Of a DNA stretch of 64,000 nucleotides, positions 39,634 to 47,989 are shown one piece after another; position 1 is the first letter of the stretch; the number at the start of each line of letters is the position of its first letter. The stretch lies in the NCBI GenBank assembly GCA_045863335.1, contig BTVY01000023.1, forward strand, positions 42,210 to 106,209. The letters run 5' to 3'. The notes below the pieces were generated by a model that had not been told where the DNA came from, made no database searches, and saw only the letters and a program-made list of their open reading frames with translations. The position numbers and the translations under genes are program-made. This stretch comes from Candidatus Hydrogenedentota bacterium. GTDB lineage: Bacteria; Hydrogenedentota; Hydrogenedentia; Hydrogenedentales; SLHB01.

Positions 39634-39910
39634 AAGAAACATCCCCCTTAGTCCCCCTTCAAAGGGGGATTTGGGCGCGCGTTGCGCGCTGACCTCCGGT
39701 GCATCGCCGAAGTGCGCTACAAAGGTCTGGAAAAATGGGGACTGTTACCATTTTCCTTCTCCGAGCCTAAGCTGTTTTCTCAGCGATCCAAAGAAACTGG
39801 TAACTGTCCCCATTTTTCCGTCCATTCTTCTACGGGGTACGCCAATTCGCGCGAGACAAAGTCGAGCGCACTACTCCCCCTTTGAAGGGGGATCAAGGGG
39901 GATGTTCTTC
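39633..39910. repeat. Nested inverted repeat element: outer CCCCCTTYRAAGGGGG arms, inner GGAAAAATGGGGACWGTTACCA arms
   Basis: Outer pair 39637-39672 / 39874-39910; inner pair 39729-39754 / 39794-39819 (reverse complements, 2 mismatches). Confidence 0.85.
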
Positions 39911-39936
39911 CAGACATCAGTCAACTTCGGAAGAAC

Positions 39937-41109
39937 ATGGACGACATCTATCTCGATCATAGCGCCACGACGCCCCTCCGCGAAGAAGTCTTCGCGGCGA
40001 TGGAGCCGTATCTGCGGAACCACTTTGGCAACGCGGGATCCATCCATCGCTTCGGACGCGAATGCCGGCGCGCCATCGACGACGCCCGCGAGCAGGTTGC
40101 CGCGCTGCTCCACGCCGACCCCCGGGAAATCTACTTCACCTCCGGCGGCACGGAATCGGATAACCTCGCCGTGCGCGGTATCCCCGCGGCATCCAGCCAG
40201 GCCAAGCGGCGCATCGTCACCACGGCGATCGAACATCACGCCGTGTTGCACGCCGCCGAACATGCGCGTAAACACGATGGGATCGAAGTGACTATCGTCG
40301 GTGTGGACAAAGAAGGGCTTGTTGATCCGGAAGCCGTCGCCGCCGCAATCGATGACGACACCGTGCTCGTATCCGTCATGCACGCCAACAACGAAACGGG
40401 GGCGATCCAGCCCATCGAAGCGATTGCCGCGTTGTGTGCCGAGCGCGGCGTACCGTTTCACACCGACGCCGTGCAGTCCGCGGGCAAACTCCCCATCGAC
40501 CTGCATCGCACGCCCATCAGCATGCTCGCCATCTCTGCGCACAAACTCTACGCACCGAAAGGCGTGGGTGCCTGCTACATCCGCAAGGGTGTTGACGTGG
40601 TCCCGCAGTCATTGGGCGGATTCCAGGAACGCGAACGTCGCGCGGGTACGGAAAACGTCGCCGGAATCGTCGCGCTGGGCAAGGCCTGCGAACTGGCGCG
40701 GAATGAACTGAAAACAAGCGCAGCGCGCCTGCGTGAACTGCGCGACGGCCTTCAGCAGGGCATTCTCGAACGCATTCCCGGAACCGCCATCAATGGACCA
40801 GTCGATAAGCGGTTACCCGGTCTTCTGAACGTCCGGTTCGACGGCGTCGAAGGCGAGTCTATGGTCCTCGGTCTCGACTTGGAAGGCATCGCCGTGTCCA
40901 GCGGCGCGGCGTGCACATCAGGATCGCTCGACCCGTCCCACGTGCTCCTCGCGATGGGCCAGGACTACGCGACCGCGCAAGGCGCCGTGCGCTTCAGTCT
41001 CGGCATCGGCAACACGGACGCGGAGATCGACCGCGTGCTCGAATTGTTGCCACGATTGGTGGAACGTCTCCGCGGGGGAGCGGGCGAGGGACCGGGGCAG
41101 GGATTTTGA
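39937..41109 (+). CDS. Cysteine desulfurase (IscS/NifS group I)
   Basis: YLDHSATTP, TSGGTESDN, HTDAVQ, SAHK (PLP lysine), RAGTEN and SSGAACTS. Confidence 0.95.
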   Translation: MDDIYLDHSATTPLREEVFAAMEPYLRNHFGNAGSIHRFGRECRRAIDDAREQVAALLHADPREIYFTSGGTESDNLAVRGIPAASSQAKRRIVTTAIEHHAVLHAAEHARKHDGIEVTIVGVDKEGLVDPEAVAAAIDDDTVLVSVMHANNETGAIQPIEAIAALCAERGVPFHTDAVQSAGKLPIDLHRTPISMLAISAHKLYAPKGVGACYIRKGVDVVPQSLGGFQERERRAGTENVAGIVALGKACELARNELKTSAARLRELRDGLQQGILERIPGTAINGPVDKRLPGLLNVRFDGVEGESMVLGLDLEGIAVSSGAACTSGSLDPSHVLLAMGQDYATAQGAVRFSLGIGNTDAEIDRVLELLPRLVERLRGGAGEGPGQGF

Positions 41110-41223
41110 TAGGACGTATGGGACGTGTATGACGAATGTGATTCGATGCAGCGTTCCCGAAAATGGCTACGTTCTGGGGTCCTTATGTGTCCTATTGGTC
41201 CTATCGGTCCCATACGTCATATT
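41109..41223. repeat. Inverted 9-bp-periodic arms between convergent genes
   Basis: ataggacgt atgggacgt gtatgacga versus gtcctattg gtcctatcg gtcccatac gtcatat. Confidence 0.75.
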
Positions 41224-41233
41224 CCCTCCCCCC

Positions 41234-42205
41234 TTACGTCGCCAGAATATGCGCGACCCGCAGGATCTTGGGATCAAACTGCGTCCGGCACTCCCAGGCT
41301 TCTTCGAGCGGGCGCAGCACGACGTTGTTAGCACTGACGCCGACCATCTTGCCGGTTTCGTCTTCCATGAGGGCCTCCACGGCGCGGACGCCGAGGCGGC
41401 TGGCGAGGATCCGGTCAAAGGCGGTGGGGCGGCCACCGCGCTGCAGGTGGCCGATGACCGCCACGCGGGAATCCTTGAACTCGGAACTGTCGGCAACCAG
41501 GCGGGCAATCTCGAAGGCATTGCCCGCTTCATCGCCTTCCGCCACGACGACGATGGCGGACACTTTCCCCGCCGTCGCGCCTTTGCGAAGGTGGGCGGTC
41601 AAAGCGTCAATATCGGTGGGCGTCTCCGGTACGAGGATGTCTTCCGCGCCTCCGGCGATCCCGCTGAGCATGGCAAGGTAGCCGCTATGGCGTCCCATAA
41701 CTTCGATAAAGAACAACCGGTCGTGGGATTGCGCCGTATCGCGAATGCGGTCGATGGCTTCCATGGCCGTGTTGAGCGCTGTGTCGAATCCGATCGTGTA
41801 GTCGGTGCCGCCGATGTCATTGTCGATGGTCCCCGGTAATCCGATGCAGCGGATGCCGTATTCCTGGTTCAACGCGAGGGCCCCCCGGTACGAGCCGTCG
41901 CCGCCGATGATGCAGAGTCCCTCGATCCCGTGGGCGTTCAAGGTTTCCGCCGCGCGTTGGCGTCCCTCGGGCTCGTAAAACTCCTTGCATCGGGCAGTGT
42001 GAAGGATCGTGCCACCCTGGGTGATGATTCCGCTCACAGACCGTGCGTTCAAGGGGCGCACATTGTTGTCTACCAAACCTTGATAGCCGCGCTCGATGCC
42101 GAACACTTCCAGGCCGTGGTAGACAGCGGTCCGCACGACGGCGCGCACGGCCGCGTTCATGCCGGGGGAGTCGCCCCCGCTGGTCAACACTCCAATGCGT
42201 TTCAT
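41234..42205 (-). CDS. pfkA: ATP-dependent 6-phosphofructokinase
   Basis: MKRIGVLTSGGDSPGMNAA, IGGDGS, PGTIDND, EVMGR and GHLQRGG. Confidence 0.97.
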   Translation of the reverse strand: MKRIGVLTSGGDSPGMNAAVRAVVRTAVYHGLEVFGIERGYQGLVDNNVRPLNARSVSGIITQGGTILHTARCKEFYEPEGRQRAAETLNAHGIEGLCIIGGDGSYRGALALNQEYGIRCIGLPGTIDNDIGGTDYTIGFDTALNTAMEAIDRIRDTAQSHDRLFFIEVMGRHSGYLAMLSGIAGGAEDILVPETPTDIDALTAHLRKGATAGKVSAIVVVAEGDEAGNAFEIARLVADSSEFKDSRVAVIGHLQRGGRPTAFDRILASRLGVRAVEALMEDETGKMVGVSANNVVLRPLEEAWECRTQFDPKILRVAHILAT

Positions 42206-42229
42206 GCGTTTGTCTTCCCTTTCAGTTCG

Positions 42230-42260
42230 CATGGACCAACACGGACAGGCACGGACGAGC
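42230..42260. repeat. 10-bp tandem repeat (CACGGAC core) upstream of pfkA
   Basis: catggaccaa cacggacagg cacggacgag. Confidence 0.5.
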
Positions 42261-42308
42261 GCCCCGATCGGAATCCTGGGTGGAAATGCCGTATCGATCC
42301 CTGTTCCC

Positions 42309-44147
42309 CTATTGCTCGGCGGCCTCCGCTTCCGGCTCGGCCCGGGCGGCGAATTCCAGCGAACGCGCGCGCCACTCAGCGAGCGACGCGACCCCGACGG
42401 CCTCAATTTCGCGCCCCTCTTCGGCCAAGCTCTTCGCTTCCGCCATGAGTCGGCTAATCTCGGAAGATAACCAGTCGGCGCGTCCCCGTCCATCGCCAGC
42501 GCCTCCGGCGCCAGTCAAATACTGGGATTGATACTCACCCGAGCGGGCAAGCGTTTCTTGGAGCAGTTCAATGAACGGTTCGCCCGCCTCCTGTTCAAGC
42601 GTACATAAAGATCGGACCAGCCGCGCCAGCGAAGCGATGGCCGGAACGGCGGTCTCCCTCGGAAGCGCTCCGTCGTGCCATTGCTGCTCCAGGAAAGGAA
42701 ACAGCCGTAACAGCCCAAAGAACGTGAGCCGGTCCGTGCGGCCCGTTGCGGAATCGGCCACCGCCTTCACAAGATTAATGGCCTCTTCGGGCAGGGCTTC
42801 GCCAAAGGCGTCATCCGCCACGAAAGCGCGCGCTTCTGACTGGGCCGTGTTACGCGCTGCCAGTGCAATGACGTCTCCCGAGTGACCTTCCAGATAGTGA
42901 GGTTCCCGCGTGAGCGTCAGTCGAACGACGCCCTCTTGCACGGCCGGTTCCGGCATCGGGTTATTGCAGTCGTCATAGTGGAAAACCGCTTCCGTTTCCC
43001 CGACCGGAACCGGGATTTCCGCGGCTTCGTCCCGGTTCCACGCCACGACCTGCCATTCATTTCCCTTCCGAAACACAGCCGCGCGGGCGCTTCCGCTAAG
43101 GGGCATTCGGCCAACATATGAAGCCCCGTCGAGGTGGCGGACGAGCGCACTCGTTTCCACGAACGAGCTGCCGAAGGTCCCTCCACCATAGAGCAAGGTC
43201 GAATTCAACTCGCAGTGCGTAGCGCCCGCTTCGATTGCTTCCACGACCATCGTGACGGTGGACGGCCCGGCGTTTTCATCTGACGCGACGCCTTCATCGA
43301 TGCGCGTCGCGTGAATCGGGAATCCTTCGAGACCAACCTCCTCGGCGGTCCGCCGCAGGGACGCGAGCGCGTCCATCTGACCGGCGCGGTACGGAGTCGC
43401 AACCGCGGAAATCTGCGGAGCGCTGCCACTTTCCAGATACGCGCGAAACTCGTCGTCCGTGTCCGCGGCCACCACGATGGGCGCGCGACACCCCCCCCGG
43501 TGAATCCCCGCAACCGCTGATTCGAACGCAGCCAAGTCGGAATCCGGGTCGAGCACCCATTCGACGACACGATCGCCAACAGTCTCAGCGACGGCCTCCA
43601 GATCCGATTCCGTAGTCGCCTCGAAATCGCTGTATAACGAAATCGTAAAGCCCGCTTTGGCTGCCCGGTTGGCCACATCGGCGGCGTCAGGCGATATCGT
43701 TTCGAATTGGAGATTGCGCACCGGGATCCCTGGAAACGCCAGCAGTGACTCGGGGGTCGGCGCGTCGACCTGCACGCAGAGGGGAACGCGGAAACTGCGT
43801 TCGGGTCGATCGATCCGGCAGAACACGTGTTCCGACTCCTCCGGTACACCGCCCGCGTCCAGAATGACACGGGTTTGGTACCGGCCCTTCTCGATGGGCG
43901 CGCCTTGCACGGGAAACCAGAAGGTGCCGTTTGCCCGAAGGTCCGCCGCCGGCACTTCCACGCGCGTGACCTCCCCGTCATCGCCGGTAAACTCCAGATG
44001 CCCCGTTACCGGCGTGTCGGCTTCGGATTTGAACTCCACGATGAGCGGATCGTCGGTGTACACAAACGGCACCGGCTGGTCGGGCGCCAAGGTAACCTGG
44101 ATCGCGCCCGAGGCAAACGCGAAGAAGAGGGCGGCCGCCTCTAACAT
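42309..44147 (-). CDS. Secreted hypothetical protein with GH39/clan GH-A-like layout (degenerate) and helical C-terminus
   Basis: Short signal peptide; Ig-like N-domain; AVFRKG...VVAW...D..NNP...LTLTREP.Y beta-sandwich signature. Confidence 0.5.
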   Translation of the reverse strand: MLEAAALFFAFASGAIQVTLAPDQPVPFVYTDDPLIVEFKSEADTPVTGHLEFTGDDGEVTRVEVPAADLRANGTFWFPVQGAPIEKGRYQTRVILDAGGVPEESEHVFCRIDRPERSFRVPLCVQVDAPTPESLLAFPGIPVRNLQFETISPDAADVANRAAKAGFTISLYSDFEATTESDLEAVAETVGDRVVEWVLDPDSDLAAFESAVAGIHRGGCRAPIVVAADTDDEFRAYLESGSAPQISAVATPYRAGQMDALASLRRTAEEVGLEGFPIHATRIDEGVASDENAGPSTVTMVVEAIEAGATHCELNSTLLYGGGTFGSSFVETSALVRHLDGASYVGRMPLSGSARAAVFRKGNEWQVVAWNRDEAAEIPVPVGETEAVFHYDDCNNPMPEPAVQEGVVRLTLTREPHYLEGHSGDVIALAARNTAQSEARAFVADDAFGEALPEEAINLVKAVADSATGRTDRLTFFGLLRLFPFLEQQWHDGALPRETAVPAIASLARLVRSLCTLEQEAGEPFIELLQETLARSGEYQSQYLTGAGGAGDGRGRADWLSSEISRLMAEAKSLAEEGREIEAVGVASLAEWRARSLEFAARAEPEAEAAEQ

Positions 44148-44758
44148 AGTCCCACCAGAAAGGGGTTGGTGCGCCGCTCCACGCCGATCGTGGTTTCAGG
44201 ACCGTGCCCGTTGTACACGATGGTGTCGTCGGGCAACGTCAGGAGCTGGGTGCGAATCGAATCCAAAAGCTGCGCATGGTTGCCCCCTGGAAGGTCCGTG
44301 CGCCCGATGGACCCGGCAAACAACACGTCGCCCGAAACGACGAATCCGTCGCCCACGAGCACGAGGTGCCCCGGCGAGTGTCCTGGCGCGAGTCGAACGT
44401 CCAGTTTCACAGAACCCACCTCCAAGGTATCGCCCGCGTTCAGGAACCGGTCCGGTTCCGGCGAGGGCGGAAAGGGCACGCCAAACATCATCCCCTGCCG
44501 TTCCAGTGAGTGCAACAAAGGCAGTTCCGCTTCGTGACAGACCAGTTCCGCGCCCGTATGTTCGAGCACGGCCGCGTTCCCACCGCAATGATCGCAATGG
44601 CAGTGCGTGTTGACCACGGTCTTCACAGTATATCCGTCAATGGCGTCCAGGAGTTCCGGGGTTAGGTCGCCCGGATCGACGACCAGGGCGGCCGCACCCT
44701 CGCGCAGGACATAGCAGTTCGTCACAAACGGCGTCATGGGCAAGGCGATAATGTCCAC
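44141..44758 (-). CDS. MBL-fold metallo-hydrolase (glyoxalase II-like, YcbL/GloC type)
   Basis: TNCY, THCHCDH, PGHSPG, GDVLF.GSIGRTD and GHGP.TTIG.E...NPF; GTG start with GGAG RBS. Confidence 0.93.
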   Translation of the reverse strand: MDIIALPMTPFVTNCYVLREGAAALVVDPGDLTPELLDAIDGYTVKTVVNTHCHCDHCGGNAAVLEHTGAELVCHEAELPLLHSLERQGMMFGVPFPPSPEPDRFLNAGDTLEVGSVKLDVRLAPGHSPGHLVLVGDGFVVSGDVLFAGSIGRTDLPGGNHAQLLDSIRTQLLTLPDDTIVYNGHGPETTIGVERRTNPFLVGLC

Positions 44759-44960
44759 GTAACGTCTCCAAATTGGCCGATCCTGTTGTGGATTTCGAAT
44801 CTTGGGCTCCCTTTTGCGGTAGATCAAATACCACTTCTACCGCCCGCACGTGGCGCACCGCAGCGTGCGCAAGTCCCTAGAAACGAGTCAGTTCGCGATC
44901 CTACGGGCAAGAGCGGCCGGTGTCAACTGAGAGACCCCGGCGACGGCCAGAATAAAGGGC

Positions 44961-44989
44961 TTGCCAGATTCTAGAAAACCTTGTACAGT
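44961..44989 (+). promoter_or_regulatory. Sigma70-type promoter for the first DUF1559 gene
   Basis: TTGCCA-N17-TACAGT. Confidence 0.5.
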
Positions 44990-45295
44990 AAAGGGCGTGG
45001 CGCTGCCCTTGGGTCTCGGTATTCTGGGGGCAGGTTCACTGATTCGTACGAGAGCCGGGGTTATTGTACGAGTCGGGTGCTGTTTTAGAGGGCAGGAGCA
45101 AGGCGACCAACAATCAATCCACTGTGGAAGATGAGTCTCTTTGGTTCCGCTAATGACAACGTTGTCTACTACGTTGTACCCCCGAGGGGAGGTGATGCGC
45201 TGCAAGTTAATCCGAACTCAACACTACAAGCAGTAACCGTAGTCTTTATAGCTTAATGGTAGTACTCATCTGAAAACTTTACAGGAGTCAGAAAC

Positions 45296-46324
45296 ATGAC
45301 ACGGAAACACGGCTTTACGCTGATCGAATTGTTGGTCGTAATTGCCATCATCGGTATCTTGGCGGCCATCCTGCTGCCGGCATTGGCACGAGCGCGCGAA
45401 GCGGCCCGCCGCGCCAGTTGCCAGAACAACCTGAAACAAATGGGTATCGTGTTCAAGATGTACACGAACGAATCGAAGGGCGAGAAGTTCCCCGACGTCT
45501 TCTTCAAGGCCTTCCTGCCTGCCGACCTGGATACAGACGGCATTAACGTTGGCGTCAATTTCGGACCGTCGGTCCCGGACATCTATCCGGAATACTTGAC
45601 GGACGGAAACGTCACCGTGTGCCCGTCCGACTCGGACGGCGGCGCATGGCGCTGGACGGGGGAATCCGGCCATGTTAACCAGCCCTTGGCGGTGGATGGT
45701 GCGAACTACTTCGGCCAGCAGGACGCACGGTATCACTCGCAGCGCGCGGGCTGCAGCCATGGCGGTTCGTGTGCCAACGCAGTTGACGCTTCGTACGGCT
45801 ATACCGGGTACATCTGGGACCAGGTAAATGATGACGACCCGACCGCGACCGCAGGTCCCCTGACCCAGGCCTTGTTTGGCGTCACCGGCGACGGTCCGGC
45901 CCAGGCGATGGCGTGGATCGAAGAGATCGTCAGTGGCGTGGCAGGTCCCTACACGGCGATTGCCGGCGGTTCGACGGATCCGGCGGACTACGCCGCATTC
46001 AATGCGGTCGTCTCGGAAGATATCGACGTAGGTGCCGGACTTGGCACCGCCGGCGGTGAAAACGTCCTGCACCTTCGTGAAGGTGTGGAGCGCTTTATGA
46101 TCACCGATATCAACAATCCGGCCGGTAGCTCCAAGGCGCAGTCCGAGATCTTCACCATGTGGGATCGGCTCAGCGCGAACGTCGCCGACTTCAACCACGT
46201 TCCGGGCGGCGCGAACATCCTTTACATGGATGGCCACGTCGAGTTTATCCGGTACCCGGCCGCCGAGGCCCCGGTCCAAGCCGGCTTCGCCTTGTTCGAC
46301 CAGATGGTTAACGAAGGTTCCTAA
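45296..46324 (+). CDS. Prepilin-type N-terminal cleavage/methylation protein, DUF1559 with H-X9-DG motif
   Basis: [43 protein letters not shown]; C-terminal [17 protein letters not shown]; AGGAG RBS. Confidence 0.95.
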   Translation: MTRKHGFTLIELLVVIAIIGILAAILLPALARAREAARRASCQNNLKQMGIVFKMYTNESKGEKFPDVFFKAFLPADLDTDGINVGVNFGPSVPDIYPEYLTDGNVTVCPSDSDGGAWRWTGESGHVNQPLAVDGANYFGQQDARYHSQRAGCSHGGSCANAVDASYGYTGYIWDQVNDDDPTATAGPLTQALFGVTGDGPAQAMAWIEEIVSGVAGPYTAIAGGSTDPADYAAFNAVVSEDIDVGAGLGTAGGENVLHLREGVERFMITDINNPAGSSKAQSEIFTMWDRLSANVADFNHVPGGANILYMDGHVEFIRYPAAEAPVQAGFALFDQMVNEGS

Positions 46325-46354
46325 TCTCACGTAGATTGGGTTTTTGAGACCACC

Positions 46355-46393
46355 AAACGCCCCGAAGGGTTCGCCCCCTTCGGGGCGTTTCTT
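46355..46393 (+). terminator. Rho-independent terminator
   Basis: aaacgccccgaaggg-ttcgcc-cccttcggggcgttt stem followed by ctt, 30 bp after the stop. Confidence 0.8.
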
Positions 46394-46472
46394 CGTACCG
46401 CCACGCCATGCTCCTGAACGCCGGCAACAAAGCGGTCCGCCACAAACGCCTCCACATTCTTAACCGGTTCGG

Positions 46473-46501
46473 TTGACAGATTACCGTTTACAGCGTACCA
46501 T
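46473..46501 (+). promoter_or_regulatory. Sigma70-type promoter for the second DUF1559 gene
   Basis: TTGACA-N17-TACCAT. Confidence 0.6.
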
Positions 46502-46735
46502 GGTTTTCAAGGCAAGTGGGTCTCGCGCGACGGAGAATGCCGGTAGGTGCCGTCTGTCTGTTCGGGAAAATCGGCTTCCCGGACGGGGCTGCCGATCGTG
46601 AGTCTTCCGATAAGCCGCCTTCTCCTCCGATGCAAGCGCATCCGTAGTCAATCGTCGTTTGTTATACGCGTTGGACTGGGTATTGGGTGTGAAACGCAGT
46701 GGTTGCGTTTCAGGAATCATCGAGGAGAAGCCGTA

Positions 46736-47761
46736 ATGAGGAGTAAAAGAGGGTTCACATTGATCGAGTTGTTGGTGGTGATTGCCATCATCGGCATCCT
46801 GGCGGCAATATTGCTGCCCGCCTTGGCGAGGGCGCGCGAGGCTGCGCGGCGCGCGAGTTGCCAGAACAATCTGAAACAATTCGGCGTCATATTCAAAATG
46901 TACTCAAATGAGTCTCGGGGTGAACGCTGGCCGCGGCAGCAGGAGTGGAGTTGCGAACCCGGTGACCACCTGGGCGCGGAGTTCATTCCGAATTTCCACC
47001 AAATGTATCCTGAGTATCTAACCGACGCGACGATCTCGCTCTGCCCCTCCGCGATAACGGGAGACGACGTCGAGACCGTTTACGCAGTCATCGAGGAAGG
47101 TGTGGCGGATGGGGACCTGTCCGATCCACCCGAGATCGTCATTAGCAACAGTGGCGCTACCGCAGTAGTTACCGACTACGAGGGCAAGTTCTATCCTTGC
47201 GAGCCATGGAACGGACTTTGCAGCTATCTGTACGTTGGTTGGGCGCTCGACAAGTCAGGGGTGACGGATCAACCTGATCAGTCCGGCTACACTGATGCCG
47301 ACAAGGTCGCGGCAGCTGGCGCGTTGATCGCCAACAATTTCCCGCTGGTTTCGACGTTCATCGCGATCTACCTTGCAGGCGAGGCCGTCAGTGCCGATCC
47401 GACCCTTGCAGATGAAGTACTGGATAGCGACTTGAGCTGCAACGACGCGCTTTCTGCCTTGAGTTTGCCCACCTTGCCGGATGACATTACGTTGTTCCGC
47501 CTTCGGGAAGGGATCGAGCGCTTCATGATCACGGACATCAACAATCCGGCGGGGTCCGCGCGCGCCCAGAGCGAACTATGGGTGATGGACGATTGGGTCA
47601 GCGTGGATCTGGGCCAGGAGTTTAACCACCAGCCTGGTGGCGTCAACTGCCTTTACATGGACGGCCATGTTGAATTCATTCGCTATCCGCAACAGTGGCC
47701 CGTAAACGCTCAAATGGCGATTCTTCAAGGCGAAGGTCTGGGAACTGCATTGGGTCTCTAG
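46736..47761 (+). CDS. Prepilin-type N-terminal cleavage/methylation protein, DUF1559 with H-X9-DG motif (paralog)
   Basis: [15 protein letters not shown]...CQNNLKQ; [17 protein letters not shown]; GAGGAG RBS. Confidence 0.95.
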   Translation: MRSKRGFTLIELLVVIAIIGILAAILLPALARAREAARRASCQNNLKQFGVIFKMYSNESRGERWPRQQEWSCEPGDHLGAEFIPNFHQMYPEYLTDATISLCPSAITGDDVETVYAVIEEGVADGDLSDPPEIVISNSGATAVVTDYEGKFYPCEPWNGLCSYLYVGWALDKSGVTDQPDQSGYTDADKVAAAGALIANNFPLVSTFIAIYLAGEAVSADPTLADEVLDSDLSCNDALSALSLPTLPDDITLFRLREGIERFMITDINNPAGSARAQSELWVMDDWVSVDLGQEFNHQPGGVNCLYMDGHVEFIRYPQQWPVNAQMAILQGEGLGTALGL

Positions 47762-47989
47762 TCCCTGCCCAATTTCATGAGCAATACAGCTACGGCGGCA
47801 ATTGGCATTCGGCCAGTTGCCGCCGATTCGATATGTGCCCAGTTAAGTACCTTTTCTTGCAAAAGGTGGAACCGGGACCAAAACGTGCTGCTGGATGAAC
47901 TTGACCTACCGCGGCGCGTTTGTTGCATTCTGGGATTCTGGTTTACGAATGCGCGCTTCAACCATAATGCGACGAAGGAGGAGTCTCTT

